Source: Nitrospirales bacterium (GTDB lineage Bacteria > Nitrospirota > Nitrospiria > Nitrospirales > UBA8639). Taken from it: a DNA stretch of 64,000 nucleotides. The DNA is taken from NCBI GenBank assembly GCA_963422365.1, contig OY729426.1, positions 192,001-256,000 of the forward strand, written 5' to 3'. The position numbers and the translations under genes are program-made. The notes under the pieces are model-generated. The model was not told the origin of the DNA and ran no database searches. It worked only from the letters and a program-made list of their open reading frames with translations. This document shows positions 40,312 through 50,972 of the stretch, in pieces (position 1 is the stretch's first letter; every line of letters begins with the position of its first letter).

Positions 40312-41208
40312 TTAATCACACGGAAGTTTTTCGTCGGTGGTGTCTTTAGTGGCTTTGATGACAAAGCCACCTTCATCCACGACAGCATCGGGTTCTTCTA
40401 AAACAACTTCAAGTAAGAGTTTGACGCCTTCCTGGGTCAACCCATTGGATGGCGCAAGAAACCGTTTGTGCGCCACTTGTCGTTCCTCTGGATCATCCGG
40501 TTCGTAATATCCGAGTAATGCTCCGCTCGTATTGGCCTGTGACAGGAGCCCCGCCCAATCATTGATCAGGGGATCGGTCCATGGGCCAATCCCTTTGACC
40601 GTACGATGCTGTTCCAACTTTGTCCAAATCTGCCATCCGACAAACACCGCCCAGGTTTCGTTTAATACTTCCCAGGCATCTTCTTCGGAAAGAAAGCGGA
40701 TTTCGGTCGTATCCCGACGTTGACGAATCGGGTTAATGCGCACAAAACGATAATGACAGCGCATGTGCTCTTGGGCAGAAGCCAGGATTCGAGTCGCGTC
40801 GGAGCTCAACGTCTCAGGACCAGGACCATTGAAAATGTAATCAAGATAAGAATGGAGCAGTTCGTGATACAAGAGACTAATATCATGGTGGGTCATACGA
40901 TCTAAATCCATCAACGCCCCACCGGCTTTATTGAACGACAACCGCAGGTTCAAAATCATGCGATGATCTTCGGGATGATATTCGGCGGCATAGGTGCGCA
41001 GATCTTCAAACGCCACCGTGACAAAATGGGGATCGATTTCCTTGAGGAAACCTGTCGGCAACCCTAAGGCCTCGGCCTGCACAATGAGATTCTCCCAGGT
41101 ATGGACGGTCCTGTTTGAGCCGTCGGCACGGGGAACAAACTTGGTCAGACCCAGCACCAGTCCCAATAACAGAATGGCCACAATCCATTTGAAGGCTCCC
41201 TGCATCAC
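40312..41208 (-). CDS. Exported hypothetical protein with HExxH motif
   Basis: N-terminal signal/TM; LLYHELLHSY and downstream LNETWA. Confidence 0.7.
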   Translation of the reverse strand: MMQGAFKWIVAILLLGLVLGLTKFVPRADGSNRTVHTWENLIVQAEALGLPTGFLKEIDPHFVTVAFEDLRTYAAEYHPEDHRMILNLRLSFNKAGGALMDLDRMTHHDISLLYHELLHSYLDYIFNGPGPETLSSDATRILASAQEHMRCHYRFVRINPIRQRRDTTEIRFLSEEDAWEVLNETWAVFVGWQIWTKLEQHRTVKGIGPWTDPLINDWAGLLSQANTSGALLGYYEPDDPEERQVAHKRFLAPSNGLTQEGVKLLLEVVLEEPDAVVDEGGFVIKATKDTTDEKLPCD

Positions 41209-41214
41209 GGCTGT

Positions 41215-43257
41215 TTATCCCAACGGATAGGGTTCACCTTCTTCCACCACGGTCCAGGCGTCAACCAAGGAAGCAGGCACGTCGTCAAGAAACCGGGAGG
41301 GTTTTGAGAGCACCGAGCCCGTGACTTTGTCATACACCTGTACGGGGAACGTCAGGTAGAGATGGTGTTTGGCCCGCGTTACGGCCACATACAGCAACCG
41401 ACGCTCCTCTTCCAGCTCTGCTTCGGTGATGAAGGAATAGGACGACGGGAACCGCCCATCGACCAGCCAAATCACAAACACGCATTGCCATTCAAGCCCC
41501 TTCGCGGAATGGATGGTCGACAACACGAGCTGTTCATCATCATGGTCCGGGGCTTCGATATCCGTCATACTCTCATCAGGCGGTTCAAGGGTGAGATCGG
41601 CCAGAAACTCTTCCAAACTGCCGTAGCGTTCCACCATGACGAGGAGATGCTCCAGGTCCCGAATCCGTTTGGGATAATCATCGTAGTGCTCTTTGAGGAT
41701 CGGGACATAATATTCCAAGAGCCGATTGAATTGATCGGGAAGCAAACCCTCCGCTCCAGGCCCCACGAATTCGAGCGCCGCGGCCAGGTTGCGGAGCCCT
41801 AAGGCTGTCCGCCCACCCCCTTGCCGCAATACCTCATACGGCGCCTCACTGGTCATGATTTGAGCAATCAGATCTCTCGCCCGCTTTTGCCCCACGCCTT
41901 CAATCAGTTGCAACGATCGGTTCCAACTGATGGTATCCAGCGGATTATGAATGATCCGCAAATGCGCCAGCAGGTCCTTCACGTGCGCGGTGTCAATAAA
42001 TTTGAACCCCCCGCGCTTCACAAAGGGGATGTTACATTTGGACAACTCGACTTCCAGATCGAAGGCGTGAAAACTGGAGCGAAACAGCACGGCTATTTGA
42101 TCTAAGGGTACGCCTTCCTCCCGCAACTCCAAGATTTTCTGCGCGACAAACAGGGACTGCGGGTTTTCTCCTACCGTTTGGACCAAGGCTGGTCGCTCAC
42201 CCGGGGCTTTTTGTGTAAACAAGGTTTTACTATATTTTTCCGTTGCGGCTTCAATAATGGCGTTGGCTAATTCCAGGATGGACGGCGTGCTTCGGTAATT
42301 CTCTTCCAATTTGAAAATTTGGGTCCCGGGGAACAACGCAGGAAATTCCATAATGTTCCGAAACGTGGCGCCACGAAATGAGTAAATCGATTGCGAATCA
42401 TCCCCGACGACCATCACATTTTCATGCGTAGCGGCCACGTTCAGCACCACCTCGGCTTGAAGCCGGTTGGTGTCCTGATATTCATCGACCAAAATGTAGC
42501 GATAGGTATCCGAGATGATCCGCCGGGTCGGCTCATCGACAGTCAACAGCTCCCGAAGGCGGGTCAGCAGATCATCATAATCGACTAACTGCCGTTGGCG
42601 CTTGGTTGATTCATAGGCTTCTCGCAGTTTGGTCAACTCGCCGAGATAGTCTCCAAAATGACTATATTCAGCCAAGAGCACATCCTCGAGCGATTGGAGG
42701 GTATTGGCGCATTTGCTGAACAGATCGGCAATCGTCTTTTTGCGAGGAAAGCGCTTGCCGGTTTCGGTGAGACCAATTTGGGCACGAACGAGGTTGACCA
42801 GGTCTTCGGAATCACCACGATCCAGAATCGTAAAACCCGTCTCCAAGCCAATGGTTCGGCCATAGCGGCGGAGCAACACGTTGGCCACGGAGTGAAACGT
42901 CCCTCCCGTCACTCGATCGCTTTGTGGACCAATCAGCAGGCCCACCCGCGTCAACATTTCTTGAGCCGACCTGCGAGTGAAGGTCAACAGAAGAATTGAG
43001 GCCGGATCGATGCCCATATCGATCAGCCTGGCCACACGATACACGAGGACTCTGGTTTTGCCACTTCCGGCCCCGGCAATGACTAAGGCCGGACCATTGA
43101 CGACTTCGACCGCGGCGAGTTGTTGAGGATTTAATTCCTGCGCGTAATCTCGAGAAAGGGGTTTGACCGATGCCTCGGCACTCGGTCGCTTCAGCACGTA
43201 GACTTTAGAATCGGAGTTGACGGAGTCCATCAAGGGCTTGCGAGAAGATTGGTTCAT
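41215..43257 (-). CDS. UvrD/PcrA/Rep SF1 DNA helicase
   Basis: AGAGSGKT, LVDEYQDTN, VGDDSQSIYSFRGA, TIHSAKGLEW, EERRLLYVAVTRA. Confidence 0.95.
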   Translation of the reverse strand: MNQSSRKPLMDSVNSDSKVYVLKRPSAEASVKPLSRDYAQELNPQQLAAVEVVNGPALVIAGAGSGKTRVLVYRVARLIDMGIDPASILLLTFTRRSAQEMLTRVGLLIGPQSDRVTGGTFHSVANVLLRRYGRTIGLETGFTILDRGDSEDLVNLVRAQIGLTETGKRFPRKKTIADLFSKCANTLQSLEDVLLAEYSHFGDYLGELTKLREAYESTKRQRQLVDYDDLLTRLRELLTVDEPTRRIISDTYRYILVDEYQDTNRLQAEVVLNVAATHENVMVVGDDSQSIYSFRGATFRNIMEFPALFPGTQIFKLEENYRSTPSILELANAIIEAATEKYSKTLFTQKAPGERPALVQTVGENPQSLFVAQKILELREEGVPLDQIAVLFRSSFHAFDLEVELSKCNIPFVKRGGFKFIDTAHVKDLLAHLRIIHNPLDTISWNRSLQLIEGVGQKRARDLIAQIMTSEAPYEVLRQGGGRTALGLRNLAAALEFVGPGAEGLLPDQFNRLLEYYVPILKEHYDDYPKRIRDLEHLLVMVERYGSLEEFLADLTLEPPDESMTDIEAPDHDDEQLVLSTIHSAKGLEWQCVFVIWLVDGRFPSSYSFITEAELEEERRLLYVAVTRAKHHLYLTFPVQVYDKVTGSVLSKPSRFLDDVPASLVDAWTVVEEGEPYPLG

Positions 43258-43425
43258 GGGAATGGACTCTTACACTAGCCCCACTCCGTCCGTCGTGTAT
43301 AACATAGGGCCCAGCCCTATGCAATGACGGACCTAGGCCGAGACCATGAACCGGGTTCATCCTTCTGGGAAAACTTGCGGAGCCGACCCTCCATTTGATT
43401 AGATAGTCTCCAGGGTTTTCAATTC

Positions 43426-44274
43426 ATGAAGCATTCCATCCAAGAGTACGAACCCATTCTCAAAGACTTGTCGAATACCATATTGGACGTATGCCGGGAA
43501 TCCGTGACGCTGATTAAACGTAGCGATTCATCCGCCTCAATCAAACTCAATCAACAGCAAGAATGGGACATTTATTTGGAATTTCTGAAGGTCCTGTTTA
43601 ATCTGGCGGATCGCATTTCCGCGTTTTACGTTTCCATCCAACAGCAACCTGAATTCATGAATAGTCTTGAAGATCATGTGAGTGAGCGACTTAAAACCCT
43701 GTTAGCGCCCTCTCTGAGTTCCTCTCAAGTTGATGAGCAAGAAATTGTTGTCTCCATTGGCCAGGCCGTGGCTGAAAGTCGCCAGATCTATGAACACGAT
43801 AAATTTATGTTTTCGGAAGACAGCAAAGAGCGAAATGCTTTTTTCCAACATGCTGGTGAACGCGTGGCCGGCCAAGCCGGTGCCGCCAACAACCAAGCCA
43901 TCACGTCGACAACCGCTGTCTGTATCAGTGCCGTGATTCCAGCGTTGACAGCACTCTTTGAAAGGAAACCCTCGGAACCCGAAGAGAAGTCTCCGGCGAC
44001 TCACCCTCAAGCGGAAGGTCAATCCTCTGCCCCTTCCACGGGCCCTCACGGCACGAACCTGATCAAACTGATCAGCGTTGTCGCTTCAATCTCAGGCGCA
44101 GAATTTGAAACCCGGTGGGGTCTGCTTCCACAATTTCGCCGAGACCTGAAGCCGGACCAAGTCACAGTCCTCACCGAGTATATGAACCGCGTGGCCCAGA
44201 TCGTGGGTGACCGCTTTGCCATCGAATCTTCCAAGGTCTTAGGCAAGGCCAACCCACCCGTTGGGAACGCCTAA
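43426..44274 (+). CDS. Hypothetical protein
   Basis: 282-aa ORF with normal composition, divergent from the helicase. Confidence 0.75.
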   Translation: MKHSIQEYEPILKDLSNTILDVCRESVTLIKRSDSSASIKLNQQQEWDIYLEFLKVLFNLADRISAFYVSIQQQPEFMNSLEDHVSERLKTLLAPSLSSSQVDEQEIVVSIGQAVAESRQIYEHDKFMFSEDSKERNAFFQHAGERVAGQAGAANNQAITSTTAVCISAVIPALTALFERKPSEPEEKSPATHPQAEGQSSAPSTGPHGTNLIKLISVVASISGAEFETRWGLLPQFRRDLKPDQVTVLTEYMNRVAQIVGDRFAIESSKVLGKANPPVGNA

Positions 44275-44324
44275 TCTCTCGTCTTTTCACTCACACAGGC
44301 GATGATGGATGAACTGCAGGGTCC

Positions 44325-45134
44325 TCACTTCTTCACTCCAACCATCGTTATTGCCCCCAAATGGTCCGCATATTTCCGAAAAACAGTCCGTATCTGGAGA
44401 ATCCGCCGCCGGGCCGTAGGGTCCTTGCCACCTTCAGAACGAAGTGGACCGTCCGCGCCAACCCCTCATCCTGAATGAATCGCCTGGGTTCCAACACATG
44501 CATCGGGGCGGTGACCTGTGTTTCAACCGTGAACCCATGGTCCTCCAGCAGCGCTCTCCACTCTCCGGGAGTTAAGGGCCTCGCCCCTACTAAAATTGCA
44601 TCCGACAAGACTAGGCCGATCTCCGACTTTTTGGCTTCTTCCAGATCGTCAGGCAGTACACACAGTTCGTGGACTCCGTATCTTCTGCCAGTCCGGAGAA
44701 GCCGCGCGGCTTCCTTGACGATCGATGCCTTGTGGGTCGGCGTCTGCATAGTCAGCATGGCCTCGCCAAAGACCACCGTCGCCGAGGCACTAGGTAGACC
44801 TGTCTCTTCCGCCCTGCCCACCAGGCATTGTCGGCCTGGTCCTCTCAGATACCACCCAACTTGTTGGGCTGCGGTATCGTCCCTTTCGATCCCGGTATAA
44901 GAGGCAGGTTCTCTTTCCAGGGCTGCCCGGGCCGTCACTCCAAGCCCCTGGCACAAACTCCACGACCTCATCAGTGGAGCGGATGTCCAAGGCCTCCAGC
45001 ATACGGCGGGTCAACTCGACACCTCCAGGCCGCAGGACCCTCTTGCCCATTTACGCCAGCAGCCAGTGGCCGGGCATTTTGCTATAGTCTAGTCCATGAC
45101 CTGGTACATCTGGATCTGTCCTTCTCTGTGTCAT
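44325..45134 (-). pseudogene. Class I SAM-dependent methyltransferase, disrupted
   Basis: MPGHWLLA*MGKRVLRPGGVELT..VVEFVPG/LGVTA..GEAMLTMQ; a stop and frameshifts. Confidence 0.8.
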
Positions 45135-45155
45135 ATGTCGCGATCCCCTCCCTTG

Positions 45156-46780
45156 TCAAAATCTCGCTTTCAGGCCGACGTAAAAGGCCCGCCCGTCACC
45201 CGGGAGAAATGCCGCCTGATCAGCTCGGGCCTGATCGGCAATAAGGGTCGATGAGGCGTATGTCTCGTCGAAGACGTTGCGTACCTCTCCGTACAGGCTG
45301 ACGGGCTCATTGATATCGTAGTTTGCGCGCGCATCGACGACCACAAACGAGTCATTGAACAAAGCATTCATATTGTCCACCGAGTACGAGCGGCACACCA
45401 GTTGACTTCCGTCTGGACAAACGCATTGGGCAGGACGTCATACTGCACGACCGCGTTGACGACGTACGGCGGCGCACCTGCCAACCGGTTATTGCCACGC
45501 AGAGTATCTCCAGCAAAGCGGAAATCCTGGTAGGTATAAGGCAAGCCAGCTGCTGAGTGTTTCGCCCAATTGCGCCTTTAATCGAAGCTCGATTCCGAAA
45601 TGGGTGGTTTTGTCTGCGTTCACGGCGCCGAGTGGTGAGTCGGTCTCATCGCGCAGACTCAGCAGTTCGTTCTTCACCCACGCATAATAGATCACGGTGT
45701 CCCAAGCAAGCATTCCGTAGCTGCCGCGCCAGCCAGCCTCGATGGTTGTCGCGGTCTGGGCCTTGAGAGCGGGAGTCAGGAAAGCAGTTGCGGGACGCCT
45801 CGGGTTGGGAGGTTCTGATCAGCCTGCGCTGCGATTGGGCGTGCCGTTCACAGGAGCAATCAGGTCATCATGGGTCGGCGGTTCGAAGCTACGGCTGGCC
45901 GCTGCGAACACCATATGGTTTTCCATTGGCCGAATCGTCACGCCGAGGCTCGGGCTCCAGCCGTCATAGGTCCGCGAATAGCTGATATCAACGGCCGGTG
46001 AGACCGTAAAGACTTCGCCGATGGGAATAGTCAGCCCGACATAAAAAGAAAGCGTGCTGGCATCGAGTTCACTCCGGCCAAACAACGGTCCCTTGGTTCC
46101 GGCATTGTTTGTGAAATTGTTCCGGTCGGCTGACCCAACGACACATTTTCCTGTGGCCTCAAACAGAGGAAGCGGCTGCGCATCGTCTGGACGATAGGCA
46201 TAGCGCAGAACGGACGTGAAATCCCCGCCGTCCGTCTCACGAATCCCGTTGGGGATCGAGAATCGAAACGCGTCATCGGTGTCCGAGCCGGTTCGCCGTG
46301 TAGCCGCGATACACCTCAGTAAACTGAGCCTGCCTTGGATTGACGAGTCCCACGACATATGAGCCCGTCGGCCCGATTGATCGGCAGTCCGTTTTGTAGC
46401 ACCAAGACGCCGCGCTCCACGGGATTTTGCTGCAAGCCGGACCCGCGGATCTGAATGCGTGGTTGATCGTTGCTGCCAAAGAAGTTCTGCACGATCACCC
46501 TAGGTGCCGAGACGAGAACATCGGAGATATTCAGGTTTGTCTTCCCTGTCAGCGCACTGTCGACAATCAGGCCTGTGCCGCCGGGAATGGCCTCAAGCTT
46601 CTCTCTGGCCAGTTTTTCCTCTTCAATTCGACGACCTTCAACGACAATTTTCTCGAGCACGATGTTCGAACCCGGGGTTGCAGATTGCGCGAAGGCGGCG
46701 TTGGGCATTGTGGTGATCATCAGAGCCACCACAATGCCAGCGATGAAACACCGTCTCAGAGAAGAGGTTTGCACAACCAT
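45156..46780 (-). pseudogene. TonB-dependent outer-membrane receptor, fragmented
   Basis: Plug RIQIRGSGLQQNPVERGVLVLQNG, barrel fragments in several frames, C-terminal PGDGRAFYVGLKARF. Confidence 0.85.
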
Positions 46781-46863
46781 GTTACTCTCCCTGATGTTCG
46801 TCTGCTGTTTTCATCATGTGTTGCACATAATGTTGTAGCCATGGCTAAGCCTTTAATAAAATC

Positions 46864-46882
46864 AATTATTATTCTCAATATT
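46864..46882 (-). promoter_or_regulatory. Fur-box-like operator
   Basis: AATATTGAGAATAATAATT, 13/19 match to GATAATGATAATCATTATC, just downstream of the -10. Confidence 0.55.
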
Positions 46883-46883
46883 A

Positions 46884-46911
46884 ATTATAGACATAATGAC
46901 CGTCATGTCAA
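46884..46911 (-). promoter_or_regulatory. Sigma70 promoter of the receptor gene
   Basis: TTGACA-16 bp-TATAAT, perfect hexamers. Confidence 0.7.
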
Positions 46912-47136
46912 GAAACAATTTGATGCGTTTGCACCTCATGTCTTTGCTCCACAATTTCCAATCTTGATTGCACTGAGCTTCAAACCCTGATCGCCACCGC
47001 ATCTCAACGACGTTGGCCTGCGAGCAGTCTTTTGATTCAGAGAGAGCCCTTCCCTCTTTTTTTTCATCCCTAAAAAGTCCATAATGGGGCTTCATCTGAA
47101 ACCAACCACTCAAATCCACGGTAGGGCCTCCAAATC

Positions 47137-47577
47137 ATGAAAAAATTCTTGGTACACGTCTTGATCGTGGGTGCTGCCTTTTGGGCAGGACATTACGTAG
47201 GGCAGCAACCACCGGAGGAAGTCAAAAAGCAACTCCGGGAGTTGTCACAAGAAGTGATAGAGCAAACCATCGGCCTGGAAGAGGGAGAGCTGTTCCTTCA
47301 AAAAAAAGTTTTAATTTTACAAGCCAAATCCGCGTTTTTGAACAGCAAGGCCAAAATCTTGGACGGCAAATATGATGAAGCCATAACCGAACTGGATGAA
47401 ACCCTTGATTACTTGAAACACGCCGCCAAGATGAAGGGGCAAGAAACCTCGGACGCACTCCATGGAGCCATCTCGAAGATAGGGGATCTTCAACGGTCCT
47501 TGGCCAACGGCCAAGCCATCTCTCAAGAAAAATTTGAGGAAGCTCAAGAAAAATTAGACTCACTGTTGCAGGCATGA
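47137..47577 (+). CDS. Hypothetical membrane-anchored helical protein
   Basis: 146-aa ORF with N-terminal hydrophobic anchor and helical body. Confidence 0.75.
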   Translation: MKKFLVHVLIVGAAFWAGHYVGQQPPEEVKKQLRELSQEVIEQTIGLEEGELFLQKKVLILQAKSAFLNSKAKILDGKYDEAITELDETLDYLKHAAKMKGQETSDALHGAISKIGDLQRSLANGQAISQEKFEEAQEKLDSLLQA

Positions 47578-47717
47578 ACGTACAGCAAGAGCGCCTCCTG
47601 CCGGAATTCCACAGAATGGTGATGACGCACAGCCCAGCACGGAATCTGTCTGGAACCGTTTTAGGGCAATGGCGGGCCGAGTTGGAGCACAAGCCGTTCT
47701 CGCCACGATTTCTTGCT

Positions 47718-47863
47718 TCAGGCGTGCACGTGCTCAATAGTCTTAAGGGTTGGTAACGCTCTGGTGGTTTTGCCGGCTTTCTTTTCAGCTAGCCACAGTT
47801 TATAGAGCTTTTGGAGATTCAGCCAGAAATCAGGACTGGTGTCAAAAAAGTGGTCAAACTCAT
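47718..47863 (-). pseudogene. higA: HigA antitoxin remnant (HTH deleted)
   Basis: ..DHFFDTSPDFWLNLQKLYKLWLAEKKAGK..LPTL; absent from the ORF track. Confidence 0.75.
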
Positions 47864-47875
47864 GGAACGGTTCTC

Positions 47876-48157
47876 CTAGTGAGAGTTAGCCATCTCCGCA
47901 TTACCAGGTCCTGACGGTCCTTGAGGCCACTCGAAGCAAATTCGCCATTGGTCATTGATGCGGATGCTGTACTGGCCTTTGCCCCCCCCCTCAAGACTTC
48001 AAAACAGTTGCAGGGCAATGCGGCAAAGGTCTTGCAGTGAGAAAGCTGCTTCCAGACGTTCGAACTTCAGCCGGGCAGCACGTTCGATTCAAGAGAAAGC
48101 CTTTACCCAAATTCCAGCAGCGAAACCTCCAGTCCTGGCCCGATAACTGACGATCAT
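47876..48157 (-). pseudogene. higB: HigB (RelE-fold) toxin, disrupted
   Basis: MIVSYR..VKAFS*IERAARLK..LEAA..GQYSIRINDQWRICFEW..; stop plus frameshifts. Confidence 0.82.
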
Positions 48158-48403
48158 GGCCAACGGTCATTTAAATGATGCGTTACGTCAAAAGTACGAA
48201 GATCTCAGCAAAGTGGCGTTAGAGAGCAATGCTTCGGCGGGAATCTGAAAAGGAACTTTGGAACCGAGAGATTTCTGGGGAGTCAAGACCATCGTCAGCA
48301 CTGATCCTTCAGTGATGCGTCATAGCCAAGGCTCACTTCCCGACTGACTTGACACTGAGGAACAACCTCGCTGACTGTCACATCAAATCTGAAGTTTTAC
48401 CTA

Positions 48404-49273
48404 CTAGGCGTTGGCCGGTTGTTGTTTCCACCCTGCGAGAATACGTTCTATCCGCATCCGAACGACGAGGTCTGGATCTTTCATCAAGGACTTAATCGCA
48501 TCCCGTCCACGCAAGTCCCCCACTTTTTCTAATGCAGCCGCTGCGGTCAAACGCGTAAACCAATCCTGATCGTAGAGCATGGCAATTAAGGGATCGACGG
48601 CTTCCGAATCCTTAATCTCGCCGAGAGCCAAAATAGCCTGCTTGCGCACGAACTCTTCTTTATCGCTCAAGGCCGCAATCAATTTGGGCACGGCGGGTTT
48701 ACCCAACGCAATAAGGGCCCTCGTGGCATCATCCTTAAACTCATCATTGTGCAGCATCGACACCAGGGGATCCAGCACCCGCTCATCATTGACCTTCCCC
48801 ATCGCCTGAATCACGTATTTTCTGGACTCCCAATCGCGTATGTACCTGATCAACAACTCGACAGCGGGAGACCCCACTCCAGCAATAGCTTCAACCGCTG
48901 CTTCCCGGACTTGCCAATCCCCATCACGGAGCGCTTTGACTATTGGCTCCACACAGCGGTCGTCCCCCATTTCCCCTAGGGTGACGACCGCTTCGCGTCG
49001 GACGACCCAATCCTTGTCCAGCAGAAGGTCAATCTGGATATCAATTTCATCTTTGACCTTCTCTTCTTCGAATGCAGACTCTTCTTCCTCTGCCTGTCCT
49101 TTACCTTGCTCCTCGCCTTGTTCAGCTTCCGCAGTCGTGTCGCCGTCCAACAAGGATTCCGATACTTCATCCACAAATTCATCAGTCATTTCATCTTGAG
49201 AGCCGGCAGAAGCATCGGTTTCCTCAGCTTGCGTTTGAGGATCTTCTGCAGAAGATTCCATATGGTCCGTCAT
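48404..49273 (-). CDS. HEAT-repeat (PBS lyase-like) protein
   Basis: Acidic N-terminus; repeated VRREAVVTLG..PLI..L.D units. Confidence 0.88.
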   Translation of the reverse strand: MTDHMESSAEDPQTQAEETDASAGSQDEMTDEFVDEVSESLLDGDTTAEAEQGEEQGKGQAEEEESAFEEEKVKDEIDIQIDLLLDKDWVVRREAVVTLGEMGDDRCVEPIVKALRDGDWQVREAAVEAIAGVGSPAVELLIRYIRDWESRKYVIQAMGKVNDERVLDPLVSMLHNDEFKDDATRALIALGKPAVPKLIAALSDKEEFVRKQAILALGEIKDSEAVDPLIAMLYDQDWFTRLTAAAALEKVGDLRGRDAIKSLMKDPDLVVRMRIERILAGWKQQPANA

Positions 49274-49331
49274 GAACTGTCCCCTTTCACTGCATTCGGT
49301 AGACGCATCGTCACTCTCCAGGATTCTGGGG

Positions 49332-49532
49332 TTATGCCGCCTTGGCTTTTTCCCCAGCAGCCTTGGCTATACGTGCCGCTTTGCCACGAATTTTTCGCTG
49401 TACACGTTTGAGGCGTTTTCGTAGCCGTCGTACATTCTTTTCTCCTTCTAGGTTTTCACCGTCAGCTTGTCTTTCCTTGACCTTTTGTTCAAGGGCCGTC
49501 CTATCCTCATCCCGTGTTCGCTTGTTTGCCAT
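49332..49532 (-). CDS. Small basic hypothetical protein
   Basis: 66 aa, RRLRKRLKRVQRK; GGGAG RBS. Confidence 0.6.
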   Translation of the reverse strand: MANKRTRDEDRTALEQKVKERQADGENLEGEKNVRRLRKRLKRVQRKIRGKAARIAKAAGEKAKAA

Positions 49533-49675
49533 TATTCCACTCCCCTAATACATGAAAACCCTTCCAGTTAGCTCTGGGTCATTGAACAGACGAGTCTAGT
49601 CAATGGTTCTTTCAGGTGTCAACCAGACGACGTACTTGACACCACAGTGAGCACGCTGAGAGAAGAGAAGCTTTG

Positions 49676-50182
49676 TTACCGATTCCAGTCTTTGCAGAAG
49701 CTTCGTTCATAGGCCAATATTTTCCAGGCTTCTTCTTCGGTAATCGTCACCGGAATCATCGGCACCATGCCGGTCCCTGGGCTGCCGTTCTTAATGATCC
49801 AAAACAATTCGCCGTCGTGTCTTCCCTTCTGAAATTTGCAATTGGTGAAATTGCGAGGCCCAGGATTCAAACGCCTGCCAATTGGCCCATTTCCTAAGCC
49901 GGCTTCTCCATGGCACGACACACAGATCCCTTTTCCTTCATACAGTGCTTTTCCCTCGTCAATGATCTCAGGCGAAGCCGTTTTCGTCGAACCAAAGGGA
50001 GGGACCAATTTTCTAGCCCATGTTCTTTCACTCACAGGAACCCTGGGACGTAACGGTTGCGCTTCTTCGGCCAAGCCTAGGTCGAGGCAGGCACCCCAAC
50101 CAATGGACCCCACGCCAACGACCAGAACGAACAGGCATCGGCTCAGGAATTTGAATGAGAGCATTGATGGTATCCGTTGCAC
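49676..50182 (-). CDS. Periplasmic monoheme cytochrome c
   Basis: Signal peptide, CVSCH, PRNFT..GSPGTGM. Confidence 0.9.
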   Translation of the reverse strand: MQRIPSMLSFKFLSRCLFVLVVGVGSIGWGACLDLGLAEEAQPLRPRVPVSERTWARKLVPPFGSTKTASPEIIDEGKALYEGKGICVSCHGEAGLGNGPIGRRLNPGPRNFTNCKFQKGRHDGELFWIIKNGSPGTGMVPMIPVTITEEEAWKILAYERSFCKDWNR

Positions 50183-50195
50183 GTTCGATTAAGAG

Positions 50196-50233
50196 AAAAA
50201 GCCCCGTTCAGGGTCAATCCTAAACGGGGCTTT
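50196..50233 (-). terminator. Rho-independent terminator
   Basis: GCCCCGTT-loop-AACGGGGC followed by TTTTT on the minus strand. Confidence 0.75.
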
Positions 50234-50265
50234 GGGCACTTACTCAAGTGACAAAACAACTCTTA

Positions 50266-50748
50266 TTACTTCTTCTTGCGCCATTTCTTACAGAAGCTTC
50301 GCTCGTAGGCCAACACCTTCCACGCATCTTCTTCCGTGATCGTCGCAGGCACCATGGACACCATGCCGGTCCCCGGGCTGCCATTCTTAATAATCCAGAA
50401 CAATTCACCATCTTTCCGTTTCTTGTGGAATTTGCAGTTGGTGAAGTTCCGTGGTCCTGGAGTCAACACTTTTCCGGCTGGACCGGCGCCGTCTCCCTTC
50501 TTCCCATGACAATTGACGCAGGTGCCTTTACCCTCAAAAATTTTTTTGCCCTCGGCAACGATCGCATCGGAGGCTGTCTTCGTTTTCTTGTACAACTCGG
50601 CGGGTGGTTTTATTTTCTTGGCCTTCCCACGCTCAGCCTTGGGAACCCGTGGCTTCAACGGGTCTTTTTCGGCTCCGGCAAAGGCCAAGTCGCTACCGAC
50701 AAAGGCCAATGCCGTGAACAAACTACAAATCGCTAAAAACTTCTTCAT
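50266..50748 (-). CDS. Periplasmic monoheme cytochrome c
   Basis: Signal peptide, CVNCH, PRNFT..GSPGTGM; AAGGAGG RBS. Confidence 0.92.
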   Translation of the reverse strand: MKKFLAICSLFTALAFVGSDLAFAGAEKDPLKPRVPKAERGKAKKIKPPAELYKKTKTASDAIVAEGKKIFEGKGTCVNCHGKKGDGAGPAGKVLTPGPRNFTNCKFHKKRKDGELFWIIKNGSPGTGMVSMVPATITEEDAWKVLAYERSFCKKWRKKK

Positions 50749-50972
50749 GAATCCCTCCTTTGATAATGAATCCCTGTTGCACCAATTGTCTGGAAGGCCA
50801 TCAGAACAGCAACATCTTTATACCCCCCCTCATCAAAACAAATTTCAAAAAATCTAAACCTGTTGAACATATCAATGTGATTTTCCCCTGTCAAGAAATC
50901 AAAATCGGCGAAATCATTTTCGTACAAATCATTGAAAAATAAGTTTTTTATGCCTCACTGGAGATTGCGGCC

